Shown here one piece after another: positions 56,447-64,000 of a DNA stretch of 64,000 nucleotides. How positions within the stretch are numbered: the first letter of the stretch is position 1; every line of letters begins with the position of its first letter. The stretch is from Phycisphaerales bacterium (GTDB lineage Bacteria; Planctomycetota; Phycisphaerae; UBA1845): the NCBI GenBank assembly GCA_003597935.1, contig QZJT01000058.1, positions 3,639 to 67,638 on the forward strand, written 5' to 3'. The translations under genes and the position numbers were made by a program. The notes beneath the pieces were generated by a model that was given only the letters and a program-made list of their open reading frames with translations, did no database searches and was not told the origin of the DNA.

Positions 56447-57448
56447 CTACTTCGACGCCCCGTAGACCTCTTCCAGCGCCTTGCGGTAGCACTCGACGGC
56501 CAGATCGCAGCGGCCGCGGCGCTCGTGCAGCCGGCCGAGTTCGAACAGGACCGGACCTTTGCGCGGCGACAGCTTCAGAGCGGCGTTCAGGTGTCGTTCG
56601 GCCGCCTCATCGTGGCCGCGGCGCAGCTCCAGTCGCGCCAGGGGCAGGTTCAGGATGGGCGCCATCGGTTCGTGTTCCAGGTGCGGTTGGAGGCAGGCCG
56701 CGGCGTCGTCGAGCCGGTCCAGCGCCAGGTAGACGGTCGCCAACTCGGCCGCCACCTGCACGGCGTCGCGCTGCCGCCGGATCTCCTCCAGGATGACCAG
56801 CGCGTCCTGGTACTTGCCCTCTTCGATCAGTGTGTGGGCGAAGGCCAGGCGGGTCTGAAACATGTCGTTCCAGGCGTCGCGCTCCTGACGGATCTGCTTC
56901 AGTTGCTCGTCGTGAGCCGCCTGGTCGATCCGGCCGCGGAGCAGATCGAGGTGAATGCCCACCGATCGGGCGTAACTCGGCGGCAGGTGAGGCAGTTCGA
57001 ACCGCAGCACGCCGCCGGCGTCCACCAGCAGCGTGGTGGGCGTGACCACCAGTCCGAAGTCCCCATACACCTTCCGCTTCGGATCCAGTGCGATGGGAAA
57101 GGCCAGGCCCAGATCGGTACTGACCTTGCGGTAGTGATCCCCCGCCTGATCGTCGGACGAGACGGCCAGGATGGTGACGGCGGCACGGTCGCCGCCCGCC
57201 GCGATCTGCTGCGCCGTTTGCAGCGCCGTGACCGACCCTTCCTGCCCGGGCCGCACGAACAGCAGCAGCAGCGGCCGGCCCTTGCAACCGGCCAGGTCGT
57301 ACGTCTTTCCGTCCAGCCCGTTCACCGAGAAGGGCGGAAGTGGGTCGCCGATCTTGACGTTGCGCAGCGCCTCGCTCGACTGCGTCATCGCGCCGAGGGC
57401 CAGCAGCAAAGATACCAGGGTGAGCAATCGGCCGATGGTCTGTGGCAT
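56447..57448 (-). CDS. secreted redoxin/TlpA-fold protein lacking the CxxC motif, fused to TPR repeats
   Basis: The signal is MPQTIGRLLTLVSLLLALGA. The AhpC/TSA-like fold reads PLPPFSV.GLDGKTYDL....GRPLLLLFVRPGQEGS, with no Cys at the active-site position. The C-terminus has TPR-like helices. Confidence 0.65.
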   Translation of the reverse strand: MPQTIGRLLTLVSLLLALGAMTQSSEALRNVKIGDPLPPFSVNGLDGKTYDLAGCKGRPLLLLFVRPGQEGSVTALQTAQQIAAGGDRAAVTILAVSSDDQAGDHYRKVSTDLGLAFPIALDPKRKVYGDFGLVVTPTTLLVDAGGVLRFELPHLPPSYARSVGIHLDLLRGRIDQAAHDEQLKQIRQERDAWNDMFQTRLAFAHTLIEEGKYQDALVILEEIRRQRDAVQVAAELATVYLALDRLDDAAACLQPHLEHEPMAPILNLPLARLELRRGHDEAAERHLNAALKLSPRKGPVLFELGRLHERRGRCDLAVECYRKALEEVYGASK

Positions 57449-57470
57449 GGCGTGGCGCTCCGTTACTGCC

Positions 57471-58829
57471 TCACTCCCTTCTTCCGACCGAGGCGTCGGA
57501 AAGATTCACAAAGGGCGAACCGCGGTCATAACGGTACGGCTTGTGGCATCCCGGCTGGCATGCACCGCCGGTGTCCGTCTGCTGGAAGTTGATCGGGATC
57601 GCCCAGTTCCCGAAGGGCACGGAATCCCGAATGTGCTTCGGGTTGCGGCTGGCGTGTACCTCGTGACAGGCCCGGCAGGTCCGCCCTTTCGTTTCACGAT
57701 TGACGTGCAGGAAGTGGAGGTTCTGGTCGCCGTTGCGGAAGTTCGTCAGCCGGTCGGTGCGCTCGGTCCGCACCAGGTCCGGCTCGTGACACTCGAAGCA
57801 CAGGGCGTAGTTCTCCTCCTGATAGGCGGAGTAGAACTTCTCCGGGTACGCCTGCGTCAACATGCGGAACTGCGAGCCGCCGTGCGTCTCGTGACACCCG
57901 GAGCACTGTCGCTGGGCGATCGGACCGTGTACGGAGGGATTGTCGGCGAAGAGCTTTTTCAGATCGGCGATCCGGCCGTGGGGCGTGTCCAGCGGCTTGT
58001 CGTGGCAGGACAGGCACAGGCTCATGGCGTCGGTGCGGAGGATGTGCTCGAAGTCGGAAGCGTGCGGATCATGGCAGGTGGCACAGGCCTGACCGGTCAT
58101 GACGGCGTCGTGCTTGACCGCCGCGGTCCGGATGCGCTCTTCCATCTCCTGGTGACACTTGAGGCAGGCGTCCGGCCCCGACGCGGACAGCAGCATCCGA
58201 TCGTCCGACCCGTGGGCGTTATGGCAGGCGGTGCAGTCGCTGGTCACCGGACCGTGGACGTAGGCCCGCCCGGCCAGTTGTGTCTTGACGTCGGTGTGAC
58301 ACTTGACGCAGAACTCGTTGCGGGCGGCGAACAGCAGTCCCTCGTGGTCGGAAGCGTGGGCGTTGTGGCAGGCCAGACACCCGCCGGCCGCCACCGGACC
58401 GTGCAGAAACTCCATACCGTCCGTCACGCCGACGTGGCATTGCCGGCAAAGCTGTTCGACCGTCGCGGCGCGCAGAAAATACTTCGCGTCGCTGCCGTGC
58501 GGATCATGGCAGGAGACGCACTGGCCCTCGGCCTCGGGGCGGTGGCGCACGGAACCGGCGTGCCGCTCCAGGTGGCAGAACGAGCACAACGCGGCCCCTT
58601 CGGACGTCAGTCGGAACCGGTGGTCCTGCTTGCTGACCACCACGTGGCACGCTTCGCACGAGCCCACCGACGTCGGCCCGTGTACGAACGGGCGTTGCAG
58701 CAGGCCGCCGTGGCAGGCGGCATCGGTGCAACTGCCGGAGTAGTCTTTCGCCCGCGTCTGGGCGTAACTGGTGGAAACCGTCAGCAGCGCGCTGACGAGT
58801 GCGGTGTGGAGAACCGGGGACGAAATCAT
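57471..58829 (-). CDS. multiheme c-type cytochrome, 13 CxxCH plus CxxxCH and CxxxxCH variants
   Basis: The motifs are CEACH, CSFCH, CVSCH, CRQCH, CLACH, CVKCH, CTACH, CLKCH, CATCH, CLSCH, CSGCH, CFECH and CRACH. Variants are CTDAACH and CQPGCH. The repeated HGP...C..CH..H spacing is typical of doubled-CXXCH domains. Confidence 0.9.
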   Translation of the reverse strand: MISSPVLHTALVSALLTVSTSYAQTRAKDYSGSCTDAACHGGLLQRPFVHGPTSVGSCEACHVVVSKQDHRFRLTSEGAALCSFCHLERHAGSVRHRPEAEGQCVSCHDPHGSDAKYFLRAATVEQLCRQCHVGVTDGMEFLHGPVAAGGCLACHNAHASDHEGLLFAARNEFCVKCHTDVKTQLAGRAYVHGPVTSDCTACHNAHGSDDRMLLSASGPDACLKCHQEMEERIRTAAVKHDAVMTGQACATCHDPHASDFEHILRTDAMSLCLSCHDKPLDTPHGRIADLKKLFADNPSVHGPIAQRQCSGCHETHGGSQFRMLTQAYPEKFYSAYQEENYALCFECHEPDLVRTERTDRLTNFRNGDQNLHFLHVNRETKGRTCRACHEVHASRNPKHIRDSVPFGNWAIPINFQQTDTGGACQPGCHKPYRYDRGSPFVNLSDASVGRRE

Positions 58830-59944
58830 GGGTGACCTCCCTGCGAAGCGGCGTCCGTGCGGTTGAATTCCACGGTCATGGCGCCCTGGGCCGTGGTGAT
58901 CACCCGTTCCTTGCCCAGCTCGATCCAGATCGGTATCGGCGCCGCCCCCGGCGGCGCCACTTCCAGCCGCAGGGCCGGGCGGGCGTCGGCGGAAAGCGAC
59001 ATCTGGTATTCCTCGTGCAGCCGCGCGGCCGGCACGAAACGGGAAACTCGAAACGTATACTTGGATTCCGGAATGGGGACCTTTTCATCGAGCGCCGCCT
59101 GCTGCGTGGTGATGGTCCGCCCCAGCCGCTGGAAAACCTCCGGCGCTGAGCCGGCGACGCTGACCAGAACGTAGTCGGGCGTCGTTCCCACGCGCGCCGA
59201 CGGATAGAACAGCGTCACCTCGAACTGCGGCAGCGCCGTTCCACCGGTGTTCATCTCCGGGTGGCGGGCGAACACCCACCGCTCGTCCATCTTGCCTTCG
59301 GCGTGCAGCTCGACCCGGATCGCCGGGTTGACCGGTTCATCGGAGAGGTTCTTCGGCCGCCCGGTGTCGGGGTCGAGGACCAGGTGCGGATAGACCTCGA
59401 CCACCTTGATCCGACATTTCGGCTCGGCCAGTTCCCGGGTCCGGCCCACCATCAGCGGCGCCTCCGTTACGGCGTCGCCGCGGCGCACCGTCAGGGACGG
59501 GTGAAGGTCCGACTCGCGCGTGAACTGTCGGAGCAACTCGTAGCGCTGGGCCGCGTCGGCGACCGCCATGAAGCGCCAGAAACCGATCAGGCTCACCAGC
59601 CGATTGCGGGTGGGGTCATCCGCCAGCAGCCACCGTTCGTAGGTTTGTTTCGGTCCTTCGAGAACCAGCAGCGCCGCCGCCCGTCCGTCGCCCTCCCCCG
59701 CCGGGACTACCAGTTGGGTGACCACGGCCTGAGAGAGGTACCGTGTGATGCGCGGCGACGGCCAGGGTGAGGGCATGGTGACGCCGACGTCCAGTTCCAC
59801 CGGTTCCATCGAGGGCGTCAAATCCAGCACCCGCTCCGCCACCACCGGACCCGACGTCCCCTGAGCCTGGCAGAGAAAACGGTATTGAATCGCGGCCGCC
59901 GGCCCCGGATCCGGTTTCGACGTCTGCGCCGACGCGGCTTGCAC
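58826..59944 (-). CDS. periplasmic protein of unknown function (faint resemblance to the ResB/Ccs1 soluble domain); true start probably upstream at a non-ATG codon
   Basis: Its stop overlaps the next start (ATGA at 58826-58829). The frame stays open to about 60012 and there encodes RRRDPGWRRAVVCAAAACVQAASA, a signal-like segment. Confidence 0.55.
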   Translation of the reverse strand: MQAASAQTSKPDPGPAAAIQYRFLCQAQGTSGPVVAERVLDLTPSMEPVELDVGVTMPSPWPSPRITRYLSQAVVTQLVVPAGEGDGRAAALLVLEGPKQTYERWLLADDPTRNRLVSLIGFWRFMAVADAAQRYELLRQFTRESDLHPSLTVRRGDAVTEAPLMVGRTRELAEPKCRIKVVEVYPHLVLDPDTGRPKNLSDEPVNPAIRVELHAEGKMDERWVFARHPEMNTGGTALPQFEVTLFYPSARVGTTPDYVLVSVAGSAPEVFQRLGRTITTQQAALDEKVPIPESKYTFRVSRFVPAARLHEEYQMSLSADARPALRLEVAPPGAAPIPIWIELGKERVITTAQGAMTVEFNRTDAASQGGHP

Positions 59945-60029
59945 GCACGCCGCGGCCGCGCAGACGACGGCCCGGCGCCACCCTGGGTCACGGCGACGGG
60001 AACTGGGCGACAGGTTGATGTTCAGGGTC

Positions 60030-61424
60030 CTACGAATGGGGAGACTCCGTGACTTCGTTGGCCAGCTTCGACATCTTGGTGATGCCGAGTTCGTCCATTT
60101 TTCGATACAGGCTGGAAAGCCCGATGCCCAGGGCGTCGGCCGCCGCCGCCTTGTTGTGCCGGAAGGTGGAGAGCACTTTCATGACGTGCTGCCGCTCGAA
60201 CTGGCGCGTCGCCGTGCGCAGGTCCAGGGCCAGGGACGACGGCGTGATGCGGTCCCCGACGACGAACGACAGGTCCTCCAGCGTCACCGGCCGGTCATCG
60301 GCGAAGATCATCGCCCGTTCGATGACGTTCTCCAGCTCGCGGACGTTGCCGCGCCAGTGGTGGTCGCACATGGCCTGCACCGCGTCCGGTTCCAGCCCCG
60401 GGCACTTGCTCCCCAGTTCGGTGTTGTATTTGCGCACGAAGTAGTTGATGAGCGGAGGGATGTCCTCGGGGCGCTGCCGCAGAGGCAGGAGCGTCAGGCG
60501 CACCACGTTGAGGCGGTAGTACAGGTCTTCGCGAAAGGTGCCCAGGTCGATCGCCCGCTCCAGGTCCGTGTTGGTGGCGGCCACGATGCGCAGGTTGACG
60601 CGCCGCGGCCGGGTGTCCCCGACCCGCGTGACGCAGCGCTGCTCGATGGCGCGCAGCAGCACCGCCTGGCTTTTCAACGGGAGGTTGCCGACCTCGTCGA
60701 GGAAGAGCGTGCCGCCGTCGGCCGCCTCGAAGTAGCCGATCCGGTCCCGGTCCGCTCCCGTGAAGGCGCCGCGGCGGTAGCCGAAGAACTCGCTCTCCAC
60801 CAGGCTGTCGGTCAGGCCGCCGCAGTTGACCGCCACGAAGGGCTTGTTGGCGGTGACGCCGCCGAAATGGAGGGCCCGCGCCAGCACTTCCTTGCCGGTG
60901 CCGCTCTCGCCGCACAGCAGCACGTTGCTCATCGTGTGACAGATGCGCCGGATGGTGTCGACGATGGCGGTCATCGCGGGCGAGACCGCGACGATCTCCA
61001 GGAACTGGCTGGATGGCCGCACCTGCTCGCGCAGCACCTCGTTCTCGCGGGCCAGTTCCTTCTGCACCACGAACTGCTTGAGCTTGAAGATCAGCTCCTC
61101 GAACCGCACCGGTTTGCAGATGTAGTCGCGGGCGCCTTTCTTCATCGCCTCCACGGCCGTGTCCACCTCTCCGAAGGCGGTGATCACGATGATGTCCGTG
61201 TCCGGCGTGATCTTGACCGCGTGGTCGATCAGGTCCATGCCGCAAATGCCCGGCATGCGCAGGTCGGTGATGAGCACGTCCACCGACTGGTTCCGCAGCG
61301 CAGCCAGCGCCTCCGTTCCGTCGGCGCAGGCGACGACGTCGAAGTTCTCCTCGCGGAGCACCTCCGCCAGGTTGAGCCGCAGCGTGTCCTCGTCGTCCGC
61401 CAGTAATACAGTAGTCTGCGCCAT
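60030..61424 (-). CDS. sigma54-dependent response regulator (NtrC family: REC + AAA+ + Fis-type HTH)
   Basis: It has DLRMPG in the receiver domain, GESGTGKE (Walker A), ESEFFGY and GAFTGA (sigma54 contact loop), and a C-terminal HTH (AAAADALGIGLSSLYRKM). Confidence 0.9.
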   Translation of the reverse strand: MAQTTVLLADDEDTLRLNLAEVLREENFDVVACADGTEALAALRNQSVDVLITDLRMPGICGMDLIDHAVKITPDTDIIVITAFGEVDTAVEAMKKGARDYICKPVRFEELIFKLKQFVVQKELARENEVLREQVRPSSQFLEIVAVSPAMTAIVDTIRRICHTMSNVLLCGESGTGKEVLARALHFGGVTANKPFVAVNCGGLTDSLVESEFFGYRRGAFTGADRDRIGYFEAADGGTLFLDEVGNLPLKSQAVLLRAIEQRCVTRVGDTRPRRVNLRIVAATNTDLERAIDLGTFREDLYYRLNVVRLTLLPLRQRPEDIPPLINYFVRKYNTELGSKCPGLEPDAVQAMCDHHWRGNVRELENVIERAMIFADDRPVTLEDLSFVVGDRITPSSLALDLRTATRQFERQHVMKVLSTFRHNKAAAADALGIGLSSLYRKMDELGITKMSKLANEVTESPHS

Positions 61425-61426
61425 GT

Positions 61427-62845
61427 CTACGGTTCCGGGGGCGAGTCGGTGACGGGAAGCTGCACGATCATGACGGTGCCGACCCCCAGCTTCGAGTCGA
61501 ATTCAATCGATCCGCCGTGCTTCTGAATGATCCCGTAGCTGACCGCCAGGCCCAGGCCGGTGCCCCGGCCCGGCTCCTTGGTGGTGAAGAACGGCTCGAA
61601 GACGCGGCGGCCGACGGTTGGGTCGATGCCTATCCCCGTGTCTTCGATGCGGAAGACCAGCGTCCGCGCCCGGACGCCGGCCGTCACGGTCAGCGTGCCG
61701 CCGTCCGGCATCGCGTCCAGGGCGTTCAGAAGAAGGTTGATGAAGACCTGCTGGAGCTGTCCGCGGATGCCATAGGTGATGGGCAGCGACGGCGGCGGGT
61801 CGAACCGGATGCCGACGCCGCGGGCGCGACGGTCGAACGAGATCAGCCGCACGGCCTCGTCGAGCGTCTGCACCGCGTCGAGCGGCTCCCATCGCTCCAC
61901 GCCCGGGTGAGCGAGCTTGCCGAGCTGTCGGACGATCACGGAGATCCGCTGGATGTGCTTCTCGATCAGGTCCAACTGCCCGTTCATGGGCGAGTTGGTC
62001 TTGCCGCGCTTGAGCATCTGGGCGATCGACGAGATGCTGGACAGCGGGTTGCCGATCTCGTGGGCGATCCCCGAGGCGATCTGCCCGATCGCCACCATCT
62101 TCTCCTTCTCCACCAGGTGCTGGCGCATCCGCCCCACCTTGCGGGCCTCTTCCTCCAGCAGAAACATCAGGTTGTTGAAGCTCTCGCCCAGTTCGGTCAG
62201 AACGTCGGGACACGAGCGACGATACACGTCGCACGACAGACAGTGCTGAATGGCCGTGGCCGGTGAGACGTCGTCGCGGGTGGCGTGACTGAGCGCCATC
62301 ACCTGCCAGCAACGCTCGGCGGAAGCGTCGTACATCGGGCAGTCGGTCCGATCACAGTCGAAGACCTGCCGGCAGTGTACGAGGTGGGGGTTCTCGAATC
62401 GGGTCGGCGCGCTGCGGGTTGTCTGGTACGATTCGAGCACGCGCGTGAGTTGTTCCGCCGTCCGGGTCAGCGCCTGCTGCTGGCGGCGCATCACCAGATA
62501 GACGCCCAGGAACGTGGCTAGAGTCAGAAAGAGGGCCTGAGCGGTGAGGACCGTGTGCCGCGTGGCCACCGATGCCGCGGGAAAGTAGATTCGCTGGATC
62601 ACCTCAGCGCCGACCATGAAGGAAGCCAGCAGCACCAGCACGGCGGCGGAGATGAAGATCCGGTAGCACCGGCGCCTCCAGATCCGACGGGTCGCCGCTG
62701 TCGCCTCCTGGATGGACGCGCTGGACAGGGCCGTTCGGCGCCGACCGGTGGGGAAATCGGCCGTAGGCTCGGCGTGACAACATCGGGACGAACCGGCCGG
62801 GCAGGCTGTCGTCGGCGCCATAGGATGGGCGGGCTGTCCGGCCAT
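61427..62845 (-). CDS. sensor histidine kinase with two TM segments and a Cys-rich cytoplasmic module
   Basis: The H-box is ASGIAHEIGNPL, the N-box is LLNALDAM and the G-boxes are DTGIGI and GTGLGL. The Cys module reads HCRQVFDCDRTDCPMYDASAERCW...CLSCDVYRRSCPD. The start is moved to the ATG at 62845 because the track start lies inside a sigma54 promoter. Confidence 0.85.
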   Translation of the reverse strand: MAGQPAHPMAPTTACPAGSSRCCHAEPTADFPTGRRRTALSSASIQEATAATRRIWRRRCYRIFISAAVLVLLASFMVGAEVIQRIYFPAASVATRHTVLTAQALFLTLATFLGVYLVMRRQQQALTRTAEQLTRVLESYQTTRSAPTRFENPHLVHCRQVFDCDRTDCPMYDASAERCWQVMALSHATRDDVSPATAIQHCLSCDVYRRSCPDVLTELGESFNNLMFLLEEEARKVGRMRQHLVEKEKMVAIGQIASGIAHEIGNPLSSISSIAQMLKRGKTNSPMNGQLDLIEKHIQRISVIVRQLGKLAHPGVERWEPLDAVQTLDEAVRLISFDRRARGVGIRFDPPPSLPITYGIRGQLQQVFINLLLNALDAMPDGGTLTVTAGVRARTLVFRIEDTGIGIDPTVGRRVFEPFFTTKEPGRGTGLGLAVSYGIIQKHGGSIEFDSKLGVGTVMIVQLPVTDSPPEP

Positions 62846-62927
62846 GATCGTCTCGTGCGGCGGTCTGCCTCCGAAGGTCGCGGCCCCGCGGACTGCCAGC
62901 CGTCCCCGGGGGCGGCAGAGGGGTTGA

Positions 62928-62943
62928 TGCAATTCATGTGCCA
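62928..62943 (-). promoter_or_regulatory. consensus sigma54 promoter upstream of the kinase/regulator/cytochrome operon
   Basis: The minus strand reads TGGCAC-ATGAA-TTGCA, an exact match to TGGCAC-N5-TTGCA. Confidence 0.7.
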
Positions 62944-63068
62944 CCTATCCCGGCGGCCCGGGCCATGCCCGGATCGACCGGTCGATTGACAGGAACGGTT
63001 CGTGCAGGAAAACTCTCACAGGCCGGACTGCTCTGCCCGGCGGTCGGAGGTCGCATAAGGAGTGCGCG

Positions 63069-63278
63069 GTGGGACGGAAAACCCCTCGTCAACGAGTGTC
63101 TGCGCGCATCAGACACGCAGCCGTCATCGTCCTGTGTCTGCTGACGCCGGCGATGATGGGCGGGTGCCCGGAGTTTCAGGATGCATCCGTGGATGCCTTC
63201 GAGACGGCCGCACGTGGGTTGTTGGACGCGGCGCTCGATCTGTTCTTCGATCAGTTTCGCACCGATGTTTCCAAGTGA
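63069..63278 (+). CDS. small lipoprotein (69 aa)
   Basis: AAGGAG lies 6 nt before the GTG at 63069. AAVIVLCLLTPAMMGGC is a lipobox-type signal. Confidence 0.5.
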   Translation: MGRKTPRQRVSARIRHAAVIVLCLLTPAMMGGCPEFQDASVDAFETAARGLLDAALDLFFDQFRTDVSK

Positions 63279-63399
63279 CCGGGGCGTGTGGGCCTTTCGT
63301 GAACGGGAACCGGCGTTCGCCTCGGCCACAGCGGCCGCGGCGCGGGTTTTCCCCGCCTGCGGGCACTTGCGGTCGCGTCCCCGACATCAGGTTCGGCCC

Positions 63400-64000
63400 T
63401 TATGGGTCCAGGCGGTGGCAGACGAAACAGAGCGTCGACCGCTCCAGCGTGACTGACAGCAGATGATCGCTGCCGGCGTAGAGATTGTGGCATGACACGC
63501 AACTGACCCTGCCGCCCGGCAGTCGAACCAGCGGCGGCAGTTCGCTCGGCGGGCGCAGCGTAACTTCGGCGTCGCGCCCCGTGGCATACGCGATCCCCAC
63601 CGGGTGGTTCCAGTCCGCGTCTGCCAGCCCGTTTCCGCCGGCGAACCGGTCGCTGGCGCTGACGCCGTCGTGACATTCCAGACATCGGCGCGATTCTGAA
63701 TCGAGGGGATCGCCGTCCGTCGGCTGCGCCAACCCATTCTCGTTCCCGGCAAGTTCTGTCCCGAATTCGAGAACGTGGGCCCGGGGAACGGCGAGCCAGT
63801 GCATCGCGTGTTTTCCGCCGCTTTGGCCGGCGTCGTGGCAGTTGCCGCAGAAAGTGAGCGAACGGGATCCCTGCGGTCCATCGCAGCGCAGTTGCGGATC
63901 GTTCCTGAAACTGAGATCGGGGATGGCGGCGTGGCACGTCAGGCAGGTGATGGTGCCGTCGGAATCGAGCGGCCAGCCGGCCGGGATCCTGATGCCGGCG
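63400..64000 (-). CDS. multiheme c-type cytochrome, 3' part; 5' end lies outside the window
   Basis: The frame is open from the window edge to the TAA at 63400-63402. The visible motifs are CLTCH, CGNCH, CLECH, CVSCH and CFVCH. Confidence 0.8.
   Translation of the reverse strand, partial: AGIRIPAGWPLDSDGTITCLTCHAAIPDLSFRNDPQLRCDGPQGSRSLTFCGNCHDAGQSGGKHAMHWLAVPRAHVLEFGTELAGNENGLAQPTDGDPLDSESRRCLECHDGVSASDRFAGGNGLADADWNHPVGIAYATGRDAEVTLRPPSELPPLVRLPGGRVSCVSCHNLYAGSDHLLSVTLERSTLCFVCHRLDP

Overview
GC-rich bacterial chromosomal window, roughly two thirds G+C by eye. The gene content points to a Planctomycetota, Phycisphaerae-like genome, but this is inference, not a search result. The supporting features are ECF sigma factors paired with Ser/Thr kinases, a sulfatase-like enzyme, giant beta-helix surface proteins and many REP-like elements that read through as odd peptides. 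Four blocks stand out. (1) 4.0-11.1 kb holds a tight same-strand cluster: lysine 2,3-aminomutase, a YkgJ-type Cys-cluster protein, two Ddl-like ATP-grasp ligases, a GNAT-HDAC fusion and a GNAT. It looks like an undescribed beta-lysine-derived pathway. (2) 13.7-22.4 kb is housekeeping: ferredoxin, truD, ligA, formimidoyltransferase-cyclodeaminase and a fused E1 alpha/beta dehydrogenase. (3) 22.8-45.7 kb is accessory. It carries ECF sigma and kinase pairs, three secreted repeat proteins, nested toxin-antitoxin insertions next to a duplicated gene 3' end, and a 1338-aa Pmp-like beta-helix protein. It also carries a SelW-like selenoprotein with an in-frame TGA that the ORF track misses, two divergent DUF2294 genes (one behind a promoter-leader-terminator unit), and an AAA/DUF4143 ATPase. 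(4) 47.8-64 kb is a minus-strand cluster of five multiheme cytochromes (the last one runs off the window edge), two NHL-propeller lipoproteins, a 689-aa outer-membrane beta-barrel overlapping a pentaheme cytochrome, and a redoxin-TPR protein. The same cluster encodes a histidine kinase and an NtrC-type activator behind a perfect sigma54 promoter. This block is my best candidate for a new porin-cytochrome-like electron conduit. No tRNA, rRNA or CRISPR array was seen. Several REP-like repeat families are scattered through the window, and some sit in frame inside coding regions.
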